Positions 36,891-46,455 of a stretch of DNA of 62,054 bases are shown piece by piece. The translations under genes were made by a program, and so were the position numbers. This DNA is from Caldisericaceae bacterium. Lineage in GTDB: Bacteria > Caldisericota > Caldisericia > Caldisericales > Caldisericaceae. The stretch spans positions 1 to 62,054 of the forward strand of contig JBMFRX010000007.1 of the NCBI GenBank assembly GCA_049967855.1, in the 5' to 3' direction. The notes under the pieces were generated by a model, which worked only from the letters and a program-made list of their open reading frames with translations, was not told the DNA's origin and did not search any database. Each line of letters starts with the position of its first letter. Positions within the stretch are counted from its first letter, which is position 1.

Positions 36891-37997
36891 ATGAGGATAA
36901 AGTTTAAAAACAAAAATCTAACTAAAGCATTGTCAAATATAGGGAAGGTAATTTCATCAAAGTCAGTTGACCCTATTTTAGAAAACGTATTACTAAAAGC
37001 TGATGGTAAAATTACACTTATTGCTACAAACCTTGAACAGGGTATGCAATATTTTTTGGAAGGTGAAATTGTTGATTTAAATGATGGGATATCTGAAATA
37101 GTTCTACCATTTAGCCTATTAAGAGATATTATTTCTAAACTAAACCCTGATAAGGATACTGAAATTGAGATTACGCCTAAGAAAAGTTTAATAAGACAAG
37201 AAAGCGCATCATACAATTTAACTTGTTATAACCCAGAAGCTTTTGCTCTATTGCCAGAGGTAAAGGAAGTAATTAGCCTTAATATGAATTATGATGTACT
37301 TAAAAATCTAATAGACAACACTGTTTTTGCTGCTTCAAAAAAAGAGGAAAGCAGGAAAGAATTTAAAGGAGTCTTTTTCGATTTAAAAGGAAGTCAACTA
37401 AATCTTACTGCAACAGACAGTACTGCACTCGTTGTAAATAAACAAAAAGTTGAGGAATTACCAGAGGTTAGCTTTATTATTCCATGGAGAGTGCTAGACA
37501 TAGTTAGTAAAATTGAGACAGAAAGCGATTCTGTGATGATTATATCAGATAACAACACTATAAAGTTCAGTATGAAGGAGTTAAATCTGATAAGTTTACT
37601 TATTAACGGCAAGTTTCCTGCTTATGAAAGCGTGATTCCAGAGTCAACGGAGTATAAAATCGATGTAAATAAGAATGAGCTTCTTACGGCTCTAAGAAGA
37701 GTTAATGTTATTGCAAGTAAAGGAAGTGAGAGAATAAACTTATTATTCTCTGATAGTTTTCTTGAGGTTTCTGCTCCGTCTAGTGATATAGGTGAAGGGC
37801 ATGAGAAAATAAGTTGCGTGAGCCCTGCAGAAATATCTCTCCAATTCCATGCCGACAAGCTAATCAGTGGAGTGGAACATACTCCAGCAGAGGTTCTTGA
37901 GTTTGGTATTAATGGTCCTTTGCATCCTGTTGTAATAAAAGGTAAAGATACAGATTCGTACATCTATGTAATAATGCCACAGAAACCTTTTGAATGA
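36891..37997 (+). CDS. dnaN: DNA polymerase III beta sliding clamp
   Basis: PILENVLL, ATNLE, T.FAAS, ATDS, LINGKFPAYESVIP, VIMP; position after dnaA. Confidence 0.95.
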   Translation: MRIKFKNKNLTKALSNIGKVISSKSVDPILENVLLKADGKITLIATNLEQGMQYFLEGEIVDLNDGISEIVLPFSLLRDIISKLNPDKDTEIEITPKKSLIRQESASYNLTCYNPEAFALLPEVKEVISLNMNYDVLKNLIDNTVFAASKKEESRKEFKGVFFDLKGSQLNLTATDSTALVVNKQKVEELPEVSFIIPWRVLDIVSKIETESDSVMIISDNNTIKFSMKELNLISLLINGKFPAYESVIPESTEYKIDVNKNELLTALRRVNVIASKGSERINLLFSDSFLEVSAPSSDIGEGHEKISCVSPAEISLQFHADKLISGVEHTPAEVLEFGINGPLHPVVIKGKDTDSYIYVIMPQKPFE

Positions 37998-39067
37998 TTG
38001 TTAAAGAACTCTCAATTGCAAATTTTAGGAAGTTGCTGGAAGCAAAATACAGTTTTAATTCCGGTTTCAATTTAATTGTTGGCAAAAATGGTTCAGGAAA
38101 AACATCAATACTTGATGCTGTTTATATGGCTTCTACTGGTAAGTCATTTGTTGCTAGCAAAAACATAAACTGCATAAACTTTGATGAGACATACTTTTTC
38201 GTTTCTGTTGCATTCCAGGAGAAAACTGAAATTGATCAGGTGGATTATTTACTTGGCAGGAAAAACAGAGAAATCAAACTGAACGGCAAAAAATTAAAAA
38301 GCTTCACTGAAATTGTTGGAAAATTTCCTGCTTTATTTCTGAATTACACCCTTGTTGACCTCGTAAGAGGAGGCCCTGAAGAGAAAAGAGAATTCATTAA
38401 CCATACTTTGATTTTCATTGATAGAGATTACTACAAAGAGCTCCTGAGATATTATTCGCTTCTTGAAAGGAGAAACTCACTCCTTAAGGACAATTCTTTA
38501 TCAAACGGAATAAGCCAAAAAAACGAAAATTATCCTTCGGTGGTTCTTATGGAAACTCTGTCTCAGGAAATGGTGCAGGTTGGAAGAAAAATCATAGACA
38601 AAAGGCGTGCTGCTTTAAAGAGTATAGAATCAATTGTAAATACAATGATACCAGCTGTTCTTGGTGAAAATTGTACCATATCTCTAAAGTATGTCCCCTC
38701 TAAAATAGACAATCTGGTTTCAGAGATTAGCTTAAGGGATGAAATAACTAAGAGAAGAACTCTTTTTGGAATACATCTTGATGACATAGAATTTGAACTT
38801 AATGAAAGAGGCATAAGAGAATTTAGCTCCCTTGGAGAAGCTTACGGCATAGGCTTTGCTCTGAAATTAGCTGAAAATGAGTTGATAAAAACAGTTGTAA
38901 ACAAAACACCTATTTTGCTCGTTGATGATTTTTTTACAGACCTTGATGAGATTAAGAGAGAGAGAATTTTGCAAATTATCAAAAACGAACAGGTTATTCT
39001 CACTTCAATCTCGTTGAATGGTATACCGCAGAACATAATTAATAAATCAAAGGTGATTTTCTTATGA
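37994..39067 (+). CDS. recF: DNA replication/repair protein RecF
   Basis: NFR, GKNGSGKTSILDA, GGPEEKR.F, G.H.DD, SSLGE, PILLVDD...LD. Confidence 0.93.
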   Translation: MIVKELSIANFRKLLEAKYSFNSGFNLIVGKNGSGKTSILDAVYMASTGKSFVASKNINCINFDETYFFVSVAFQEKTEIDQVDYLLGRKNREIKLNGKKLKSFTEIVGKFPALFLNYTLVDLVRGGPEEKREFINHTLIFIDRDYYKELLRYYSLLERRNSLLKDNSLSNGISQKNENYPSVVLMETLSQEMVQVGRKIIDKRRAALKSIESIVNTMIPAVLGENCTISLKYVPSKIDNLVSEISLRDEITKRRTLFGIHLDDIEFELNERGIREFSSLGEAYGIGFALKLAENELIKTVVNKTPILLVDDFFTDLDEIKRERILQIIKNEQVILTSISLNGIPQNIINKSKVIFL

Positions 39068-39080
39068 TAAGGAGAGAAAG

Positions 39081-39653
39081 CTGAATAATATAAAGTCTTC
39101 GCTTGATAACCTTCTCAAAAAAAGAGAAGCTTACGTCAAGGTTAAAGGAACTGTAACCTTTTTGAAATGGCGTGAAGTGGTTGGGGATGGCCTTGCTCAA
39201 TATACGAAGCCTATCTATTATAAGGACGGAGTATTGTACATAGGAGTTACAAGTAGCTTGTTTAAAAATGAATTGGAATCAATGAAAGGCGAGATACTTA
39301 ACAAGATCAGAAACTCAACCGAAAATTCACCTATCAGAGACATTAAATTCAAGGTTTCAGATTCGAGATTCCCAAAGGCACAGCAAGTGCAGAGCAAGGC
39401 AAAGAATAACTTTTCTTCACCTCCAATAAAGCTTAATGAGAAAGACGTTCACTGGATTGAAGAGAACGTCAATAGATTGAAAGCGAATGACACTTTGAGG
39501 CTTAAGTATAGAAAAATGCTTGAAGCCTTTAAAGAACTCGAAAAGAAAAAGGAGATATCGGGGTATAAAAAATGCAAAAAATGTGGGGCACTTTTTAAAG
39601 GAGACGGACCTCTCTGCCCTGTTTGTGAAATGAACGATAAGAAAAAGAGATGA
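39081..39653 (+). CDS. dciA: DciA (DUF721) helicase-loader-family protein with a C-terminal Zn ribbon; probable CTG start
   Basis: W..VVG..LA..T.P....G.L.I.V.S....EL.....IL.KI; CKKCG...CPVC. An in-frame CTG at 39081 follows AGGAG. Confidence 0.8.
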   Translation: MNNIKSSLDNLLKKREAYVKVKGTVTFLKWREVVGDGLAQYTKPIYYKDGVLYIGVTSSLFKNELESMKGEILNKIRNSTENSPIRDIKFKVSDSRFPKAQQVQSKAKNNFSSPPIKLNEKDVHWIEENVNRLKANDTLRLKYRKMLEAFKELEKKKEISGYKKCKKCGALFKGDGPLCPVCEMNDKKKR

Positions 39654-39793
39654 ACTTTTCTGCGTATCTTTTTAAGTTACTTGACTAATATTAAACTTTT
39701 GATATATTTAATTGAATGTAGAGAAATATAATTCTACTTGAGATTGCAAAAGTTTATGAATTGACAGTTTAAATTGATTAGGAGGTATTTTAT

Positions 39794-39928
39794 ATGAGAC
39801 TTACTTTTAGGCCACACAACAGAAAGAATAGAAAGAGCGTTGGCTTTATGGCGAGGATGAGTTCTCCAACAGGAAGAAGAGTCCTCTCAAGGCGAAGAGC
39901 AAAAGGGAGAGTTAAGGTCTCCTTGTAA
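39794..39928 (+). CDS. rpmH: 50S ribosomal protein L34 (not in the ORF track)
   Basis: [50 protein letters not shown] upstream; precedes rnpA. Confidence 0.97.
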   Translation: MRLTFRPHNRKNRKSVGFMARMSSPTGRRVLSRRRAKGRVKVSL

Positions 39929-39957
39929 ACAAAGCATTTTCTGGTTGAGATGCTAAA

Positions 39958-40284
39958 GTGAAGCTCCGTGAAAGACTACGGGAAAGTGAATTTAAAAAGG
40001 TCTTTGACAAATCAAACAAATATTACGGAACACTCGTGGTGGTTTTTGTTTCAGACTTGGTATCAAACAAAGTTGGGTTTGTTGCCTCTAAAAAAGTTGG
40101 TGGCTCTGTTCAAAGAAACAGAGCCCGCAGACTAATGAGAGAGGCATTCTTAAGGATGCAGCCAGTTCTTCCAAAGGAAAGAAGTTACATACTGGTAGCA
40201 AGAGCTTCTATAAACAATAAGAAGATGGACGAAGTTTTGAGAGATATAAAGTTTATATTACGTAAGGAAGTGATTGAAAAATGA
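39958..40284 (+). CDS. rnpA: Ribonuclease P protein component
   Basis: RL....[24 protein letters not shown] (RNR motif). Confidence 0.95.
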   Translation: MKLRERLRESEFKKVFDKSNKYYGTLVVVFVSDLVSNKVGFVASKKVGGSVQRNRARRLMREAFLRMQPVLPKERSYILVARASINNKKMDEVLRDIKFILRKEVIEK

Positions 40285-40517
40285 ATGACAAAGTAAAGAA
40301 GTCATTTGGGACGAGAGCTCTATTGTATATTATAGCGTTTTATAGGAAGTATATTTCGCCTCTTAAGCCTCCGACATGTAGATTTATCCCAACATGTTCT
40401 GAATACTCTTTTGAGGCGATTAATAAATACGGTGTAAAAAAAGGGGGATGGCTGGCTATTAAGAGGATTCTCAGGTGCAATCCTTATTTTCCAGGCGGTC
40501 ACGACCCTGTTCCTTAG
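40281..40517 (+). CDS. yidD: Membrane protein insertion efficiency factor
   Basis: YRKYISP...[25 protein letters not shown]. Confidence 0.96.
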   Translation: MNDKVKKSFGTRALLYIIAFYRKYISPLKPPTCRFIPTCSEYSFEAINKYGVKKGGWLAIKRILRCNPYFPGGHDPVP

Positions 40518-40528
40518 GAGGAATATAA

Positions 40529-41677
40529 ATGAAGAAAAAATTACTGTTAGTGGTTTTTCTAGTTGTGTTTGCAGGATTGTTTCTTACTGGTTGTGCGACG
40601 TCGCCGTTCCCAAAAACTACTGAAACAGGGGTAGTTGTACAGGTTATAGCAAAAGGTCGTCCAATGGAAAATGTAGCTATTGGAGTAAATATAGTCAATA
40701 ATACTCCAGATTTCATTGCAGATGTTACTGTAAAGCTTGTGTCAATTGACGGTAACACAGACCTAAAACCTTTCGAACTCTGGAATTCGAAGCAAGAACT
40801 GTCTATTAAAGATGTTTCTAAAACGAGTACTATAGATTCAGGGAAATCCCAAACCTTTGCTTTTACTGTAACATCTTACAGTTACCTTGATCCCAAAGCT
40901 TACCCTATGGTAGTTGAAGTGACCTATAAGGATAGCAACGGCAAAATCAATACAATTACAAAAAACAGCATTCTTGACCTTGTTCCTTTCAATGGATTCT
41001 ACAAGTTTATGAGAGATATAATTGATTTCCTTAAAAAGATTACATTCAATTATGCACTTGCTATTATTGTTCTTACAATAATAATCAAACTTATCACTCA
41101 TCCGCTTACAAGAGTTCAGTTTAAATCAAGTGCAGGAATGCAGGAGATTGCGCCTGAAATAAAAAAGATACAGGAGAAATACAAAGACAATCCACAAAAA
41201 GCAAACCAGGAAGTGATGAAAATCTACAAAGAGCATAATGTGAATATGTTTGGAGGTTGTCTGCCGCTTCTTGTGCAGTGGCCACTTCTTTTCATTCTGT
41301 TTGGGGCTTTGAACAATTATTCGCCTTTCAATACAACGAGCTTCCTATGGCTTAAGAATCTCAATAGCCCTGACCCATACTATATTCTGCCAATCCTGGT
41401 TTTTGTGTCAATGTTCCTCCAAACAAAGACTTCTCAACTTCCTGGACAGGAAATGGATCCCAATACAAAAATGATGATGTATTTCCTTCCAGTAATTTTC
41501 GCTGTGTGGGCTTTGAAATGGTCTCCTTCCATTTTGATTTACTGGATAACTTTCTCTCTTGTAACAATTGGCGAGCAGTACATTATTCTTAGGGATATAA
41601 AGAAAGCTGTAGCCCTAAAAACGAATGCATTAGAAAAGCCAAAGCAACAGAATGAGGATAAAAAACCCAAGCAATAG
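40529..41677 (+). CDS. yidC: Membrane insertase YidC/Oxa1; lipoprotein with an extra N-terminal beta-rich domain
   Basis: Lipobox LTGC; AIIVLTIIIK, P.IKKIQEKYK, GGCLPLLVQ.P, FLWL.NL..PDP, YW. Confidence 0.93.
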   Translation: MKKKLLLVVFLVVFAGLFLTGCATSPFPKTTETGVVVQVIAKGRPMENVAIGVNIVNNTPDFIADVTVKLVSIDGNTDLKPFELWNSKQELSIKDVSKTSTIDSGKSQTFAFTVTSYSYLDPKAYPMVVEVTYKDSNGKINTITKNSILDLVPFNGFYKFMRDIIDFLKKITFNYALAIIVLTIIIKLITHPLTRVQFKSSAGMQEIAPEIKKIQEKYKDNPQKANQEVMKIYKEHNVNMFGGCLPLLVQWPLLFILFGALNNYSPFNTTSFLWLKNLNSPDPYYILPILVFVSMFLQTKTSQLPGQEMDPNTKMMMYFLPVIFAVWALKWSPSILIYWITFSLVTIGEQYIILRDIKKAVALKTNALEKPKQQNEDKKPKQ

Positions 41678-41748
41678 ATGTTATTTATAATGGGTAGGCT
41701 TGTAAGGCAGAAACAAAACTCGATTGAGGAAACTATAAAGGAGTTATA

Positions 41749-42198
41749 ATGGTTGAGGAAAAGTTAAGAGATTTTCTAAAGAGTATGTTTGTCCCTATTC
41801 ATGAAGAAATAGTAATTGAAGATTCTAAGAAATTTGGCGGTTATTACATTAACATTAGCGGCTTGTCGGAGCCTGGCCTTTTCATTGGAAAAGAAGGGTC
41901 AGTTCTTAGAGCTATACAATATCTGCTTAACATCTATGCTCACAAGGTTGACGAAGAATTTCCAACTGTTATTCTTGATGTTAACGGATACAAGATGAAG
42001 CAGTTTGAGATGCTAAAGACAGTTGCCATAAATGCTGCATTGAGAGCAAAGAGACTCAGTGAGCCAGTTGAATTAAAGCCAATGTCTGCTTCCGCAAGGC
42101 GGATAATTCATCTTACGCTGAAAAATTACCCTGACATCTGGACGCATAGTATCGGAAGAGAGCCAAGGAGGAGGGTAGTAATAGATTTAAAGAAGTGA
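41749..42198 (+). CDS. jag: Jag/EloR (KhpB) RNA-binding protein, KH and R3H domains only
   Basis: IGKEG..L.AIQYL, LDVNGY, L.PM....RRIIH..L, T.S.G.EP.RRVVI. Confidence 0.9.
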   Translation: MVEEKLRDFLKSMFVPIHEEIVIEDSKKFGGYYINISGLSEPGLFIGKEGSVLRAIQYLLNIYAHKVDEEFPTVILDVNGYKMKQFEMLKTVAINAALRAKRLSEPVELKPMSASARRIIHLTLKNYPDIWTHSIGREPRRRVVIDLKK

Positions 42199-43568
42199 GC
42201 AATGATACGATTGTTGCAATTTCAACACCGAGAGGTGTTGGTGGAATAGGGGTGGTAAGGGTCTCTGGCCCTTCTGCCCTTTTTATTGTTTCGGAGATTT
42301 TTTCTAATAAAATAGTCAATCCCAGGTATTCATATACTGGCTTTGTGTTCGACCCTCAGACAAATCAGCGTATTGATTCGGCAATTGCAACTTATTTTAA
42401 GGCACCACATTCATATACAGGAGAGGACGTATGCGAACTTTCAATGCATGGCGGTATTGTCAACCTGGAAATGGTTGTGAAGATTATAATCCGTTTAGGT
42501 GCACGGCTTGCAGATAAGGGAGAATTCACAAAAAGAGCGCTGATTAACGGGAAAATGGATTTGGTTGAAGCAAATGCTGTAATGGAAGTCATTGAAGCTC
42601 GCACGGAAAGGGCTTTGCAAATTGCCTCTGCAAGGCTATTCGGAGAGCTGAGCAATTCCGTCATCCAGTTCAGAACCGACGTTATAGAATTGATTGCTCT
42701 TATTGAGGCACCGATAGATTTTCCATTCGATGCAGAATCCCTTTCGAAAGAGGTAATTTTGGAAAACCTTATCAAGTTTAAAAGAACAGCAGAGGGTTTC
42801 CTATCTACCTACAAAACAGGAAAGTCTTTTAGAGAGGGTTTCAGTGTTGTAATAGCTGGAAAGCCAAACGTTGGAAAATCGACGCTCTTAAATACTTTGC
42901 TCAAGTTTGATAGAGCCATCGTAAGCGAAGTTCCTGGCACCACCAGGGATACGATAGAAGAGCTGATTGACTTTCGCGGCTTGCCAGTGAGGTTGATTGA
43001 TACCGCTGGCTACCGCTCACAGCCCGACTTGCAAAGAACTGCCATCGATTTTATTGAAGCGCTTGGAATTGAAAGAGCAAAGAAATCCATAGAATCTTCA
43101 GACCTTATTCTGTTTGTATTTGATGCAGGCGATGAAATAACGCAAGAAGATTTAACCCTGATTGAGTTAACCAGGAGTAAAAACAGGATTATTGTTCTAA
43201 ATAAAGGCGATGTAAACAAAGTAACTACAGAGGACTCTCTGAGAAAGCTTTTTGAAAACGAGGAGATAATCGAAATCTCTGCCCTTCGCAGAACAGGAAT
43301 TGATAAGCTTGAGAACGCAATTTATGATAAACTAATGCCGAACCAGTATGAAACACCTTTTATAACTTCAGAGAGAGAAAAAGAGATATTTGAAGAAATA
43401 ATCCAGCACATTGAAGAGGCCATAAAAGTTGAAACTGTTAGCAAGAACGACGAACTCGTCGCAGAAGAGTTAAGATTAGTTGTAGAAACGATTTCGAGGT
43501 TGCTCGGTGAAAATGTTGGCAACGAAATTTTGGATAATATTTTCACCGAGTTCTGCATAGGAAAATGA
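42195..43568 (+). CDS. mnmE: tRNA modification GTPase
   Basis: DTIVAISTP.G.GGIG.VR.SG, SYTGED..E, GKPNVGKS, PGTTRD, DTAG, FCIGK. Confidence 0.97.
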   Translation: MSNDTIVAISTPRGVGGIGVVRVSGPSALFIVSEIFSNKIVNPRYSYTGFVFDPQTNQRIDSAIATYFKAPHSYTGEDVCELSMHGGIVNLEMVVKIIIRLGARLADKGEFTKRALINGKMDLVEANAVMEVIEARTERALQIASARLFGELSNSVIQFRTDVIELIALIEAPIDFPFDAESLSKEVILENLIKFKRTAEGFLSTYKTGKSFREGFSVVIAGKPNVGKSTLLNTLLKFDRAIVSEVPGTTRDTIEELIDFRGLPVRLIDTAGYRSQPDLQRTAIDFIEALGIERAKKSIESSDLILFVFDAGDEITQEDLTLIELTRSKNRIIVLNKGDVNKVTTEDSLRKLFENEEIIEISALRRTGIDKLENAIYDKLMPNQYETPFITSEREKEIFEEIIQHIEEAIKVETVSKNDELVAEELRLVVETISRLLGENVGNEILDNIFTEFCIGK

Positions 43569-44437
43569 TTAGAAAAATTGGAATTATAGGAACGGGTCGT
43601 GTTGGAACTGCCCTCTCCAGAGTGTTTACAAGAAGTGGATTTGAGACTTATGTTGCAGGAAGAACTTACCAATCGTCAGTCGAGTCAAGCAGGCTCTCTA
43701 GTGCAGAACCGCAGACAAAAGAATATATAGCAAAGAACGCCGACTTGATATTGCTCGCAGTGCAGGACTCTGAGATAGAGAAAGCCGCAAGTGAAATTGC
43801 ACCTTACTTAAATGAAAAGCAGATTGTAGCTCATCTAAGTGGGGCTCTTGATTGCTCAAACCTTGCTTTTTTGAAAAGCATGAAAGCTTCTGTACACCCT
43901 GTTAAATCATTTGCTGACCCTGTTACTTCGGCTGAGTCGTTTACGGGAACGATTTTAGTGTGCGAGGGTGACGACGGAGCACTTCCCAGTCTTAGGGATG
44001 TTGTCAAATCAATTGAGGGAGTATTTGTGCAAATAAGGCCAGAAGATAAGCCTAAATACCATCTTGCTTTAACCATTGCCTCAAACTTCAGCGTTCTTAT
44101 TGCAGACCTCTCAGAAGAATTGCTTTTGGAAGCTGGATTCAAAGAGGAAGATGCTCGACCAATCTTGTTGAACCTGATTGAAGGAACCCTATCTAATATG
44201 AAAAACCTTGGAATTACCAAGGCCTTGACGGGGCCGATTGAGAGAGGGGATATTGCGACAGTTAAGAAGCATTTAAGTGCAATTGAAAGCCCCTTATTCA
44301 AAGAATTTTATGTTGATGGTTCAATTCTGCTTGTTGATATTGCAAAAAAGAAGAGTTTTGTGGATAATATCCTATGGGAAAAAGAAGACAATTTAGCAAA
44401 ATACGAGGATATTAAGAAATTCCTTGAGGAGAAATAA
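43565..44437 (+). CDS. Rossmann-like + DUF2520 protein, probable PanG-type ketopantoate reductase
   Basis: IIGTGRVG, V.D..I, HLSGA, HP..SF, YH....ASNF, LTGPI.RGD..TV..H; directly upstream of panBCD. Confidence 0.8.
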   Translation: MIRKIGIIGTGRVGTALSRVFTRSGFETYVAGRTYQSSVESSRLSSAEPQTKEYIAKNADLILLAVQDSEIEKAASEIAPYLNEKQIVAHLSGALDCSNLAFLKSMKASVHPVKSFADPVTSAESFTGTILVCEGDDGALPSLRDVVKSIEGVFVQIRPEDKPKYHLALTIASNFSVLIADLSEELLLEAGFKEEDARPILLNLIEGTLSNMKNLGITKALTGPIERGDIATVKKHLSAIESPLFKEFYVDGSILLVDIAKKKSFVDNILWEKEDNLAKYEDIKKFLEEK

Positions 44438-44441
44438 TAAT

Positions 44442-45254
44442 ATGGAACAGAAAGTTACAGTACCTCAACTTATTAGTTTCAAAGGGAAGAAGAAAATTGT
44501 TAGTGTGACTTCTTATGATTACTTATTTGCAAGGATCGTTGATGAGTCAGGATTCGACTTTATTCTTGTGGGTGATTCTGTTGGAACTACATACCAGGGA
44601 CTTTCATCTACTATTCCAGTCAAACTTGATGAGATGCTTTATCACACCCGTATCGTAAGAAGGGGCGTAAAACGGGCTCTTCTCGTTGGCGATATGCCCT
44701 TTATGTCTTATCAAGCATCTGAAGATGAAGCAGTTTACAATGCGGGGTTGTTTCTCAAGGAAGGAGCTGATGCTGTCAAATTGGAAGGAGGCTCTAATGT
44801 CGCAAAGCTTGTAGAGAGAATGGTTTCTGTTGGTATCCCTGTAATGGGACATATAGGTTTGACTCCGCAATCTTCAAATTTGTTTGGTGGCTATAAAATC
44901 CAGGGAAAAGAAAAGGAAGAAATAAAGAGGCTTTTGGAGAGCGCAAAAGCGTTAACTCAAGCAGGTGCATTTAGTATTGTGCTTGAAGGAATGCCTGAGG
45001 AGGTTGCGCTAGAAATCACGCAATCTATTCCTATCCCAACCATTGGGATTGGAGCGGGAAGATACTGCGATGGGCAGATTCTTGTTATCACAGACCTGCT
45101 TGGATTGGACCCAAATTTCTCACCTAAATTCGTCAAGAAGTATCTTGACCTTCATAGCGAGGTTAAGACTGCGCTTATGCAATACGCTGAAGATATCTTA
45201 AATGATAGATTCCCTGGCGAAGCCAATGTATTTCACTTAAGAAAGGATGAATGA
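44442..45254 (+). CDS. panB: 3-methyl-2-oxobutanoate hydroxymethyltransferase
   Basis: T.YD, LVGDS, DMPFMSY, VKLEGG, GHIGLTPQ, IGIGAG..CDGQILV. Confidence 0.97.
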   Translation: MEQKVTVPQLISFKGKKKIVSVTSYDYLFARIVDESGFDFILVGDSVGTTYQGLSSTIPVKLDEMLYHTRIVRRGVKRALLVGDMPFMSYQASEDEAVYNAGLFLKEGADAVKLEGGSNVAKLVERMVSVGIPVMGHIGLTPQSSNLFGGYKIQGKEKEEIKRLLESAKALTQAGAFSIVLEGMPEEVALEITQSIPIPTIGIGAGRYCDGQILVITDLLGLDPNFSPKFVKKYLDLHSEVKTALMQYAEDILNDRFPGEANVFHLRKDE

Positions 45255-46102
45255 TGGAAATAATAAAGACTGCTCTGGAGATGAAGAAATACGCTGGAAA
45301 TTTGCGCAGCAACGGAAATTCAATCGGTTTTGTTCCCACAATGGGATACCTGCACGAAGGCCATCTGTCTCTGATTGAAAGAGCTCATAAGGAGAATGAC
45401 AGAACTATTGTAAGCATATTTGTGAACCCAACTCAATTCAGCGCTCAAGAAGATCTTTCAACTTATCCCCGTGATCTTGAGCGTGATTTTGCATTGATAA
45501 AAAATTATACTGACGCTGTTTTTGTACCTGAATCTGCCGAGATTTACCCTCAAAACTTTTCTACATTTGTGGAAGTAGAGTGTTTAACTGACAACCTATG
45601 CGGTAAGTTCAGGCCAGGTCATTTTAGGGGCGTTGCAACGGTTGTTGCAAAGCTTTTCAATATAGTACGCCCAGACAGGGCCTACTTTGGAAAGAAAGAC
45701 TATCAACAATTCCGCGTAATCGAAAGAATGGCACGGGACTTAAACTTTGATGTCAAGGTTATCCCGTGTGAGATTATAAGAGAACCTTCTGGCCTTGCTA
45801 TGAGTTCAAGAAATGTTTATCTTTCGCAACAGGAGAAAGAAGATGCAGCAATTATCCACAAAGCCCTTGTTTTAGGCAGAGAAATGATAGAGAATGGGAC
45901 CAGAGATTCTGCTTCTGTAATCTGCGGTATTCAAGAGCTTCTTAAAAGCAAAACATCTCTCAAGAAGATTGACTATGTGTCAGTGGTTAATCCGTTTACC
46001 CTTCAAGATGTTGATTCAATAAAAAGTGATGTTGTGATATTGGTTGCCGCTTATTTTGGAAAAGCGAGGCTTATTGATAATATAGAGGTGAGGTCGATAT
46101 GA
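45251..46102 (+). CDS. panC: Pantoate-beta-alanine ligase
   Basis: FVPTMGYLHEGH, SIFVNPTQF, RPGHFRGV, FGKKDYQQ, GLAMSSRN, RLIDN. Confidence 0.97.
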   Translation: MMEIIKTALEMKKYAGNLRSNGNSIGFVPTMGYLHEGHLSLIERAHKENDRTIVSIFVNPTQFSAQEDLSTYPRDLERDFALIKNYTDAVFVPESAEIYPQNFSTFVEVECLTDNLCGKFRPGHFRGVATVVAKLFNIVRPDRAYFGKKDYQQFRVIERMARDLNFDVKVIPCEIIREPSGLAMSSRNVYLSQQEKEDAAIIHKALVLGREMIENGTRDSASVICGIQELLKSKTSLKKIDYVSVVNPFTLQDVDSIKSDVVILVAAYFGKARLIDNIEVRSI

Positions 46103-46455
46103 AAAGGGAAATGTTAAAGTCAAAGATACATAGAGCAATTGTTACCTCCAAAAATATAGCTTATGAAGGAAGCATTACCATTGATAAGCATTTATGTAAT
46201 AATGCAGATATTAAAGAATTTGAAAAAGTCGAGATTTATGATGTAAATAATGGGGAGCGGTTCTCTACGTACGTGTTATTTGGAGAGGCTTTTAGTGGAT
46301 GCATTGAACTAAACGGTGCAGCTGCAAGAAGAGTGGAGATTGGAGATGTTATAATAATAGCGTCCTATGGGCAGTACGATGACAGTGATATTAATGACTT
46401 TAAGCCAAAGATTGTGTTGGTGAATAGCGAGAATAAAGCAAAGGAGGTTTTATGA
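46099..46455 (+). CDS. panD: Aspartate 1-decarboxylase
   Basis: MLKSKIHRA, YEGSITID self-cleavage site, NGERF.TY, NGAAAR. Confidence 0.97.
   Translation: MKREMLKSKIHRAIVTSKNIAYEGSITIDKHLCNNADIKEFEKVEIYDVNNGERFSTYVLFGEAFSGCIELNGAAARRVEIGDVIIIASYGQYDDSDINDFKPKIVLVNSENKAKEVL

Noticed and set aside
44359..44367. Perfect DnaA box inside the DUF2520 gene (another at 53462-53470)
   Set aside because: Isolated 9-mers in coding sequence are expected by chance; there is no cluster.
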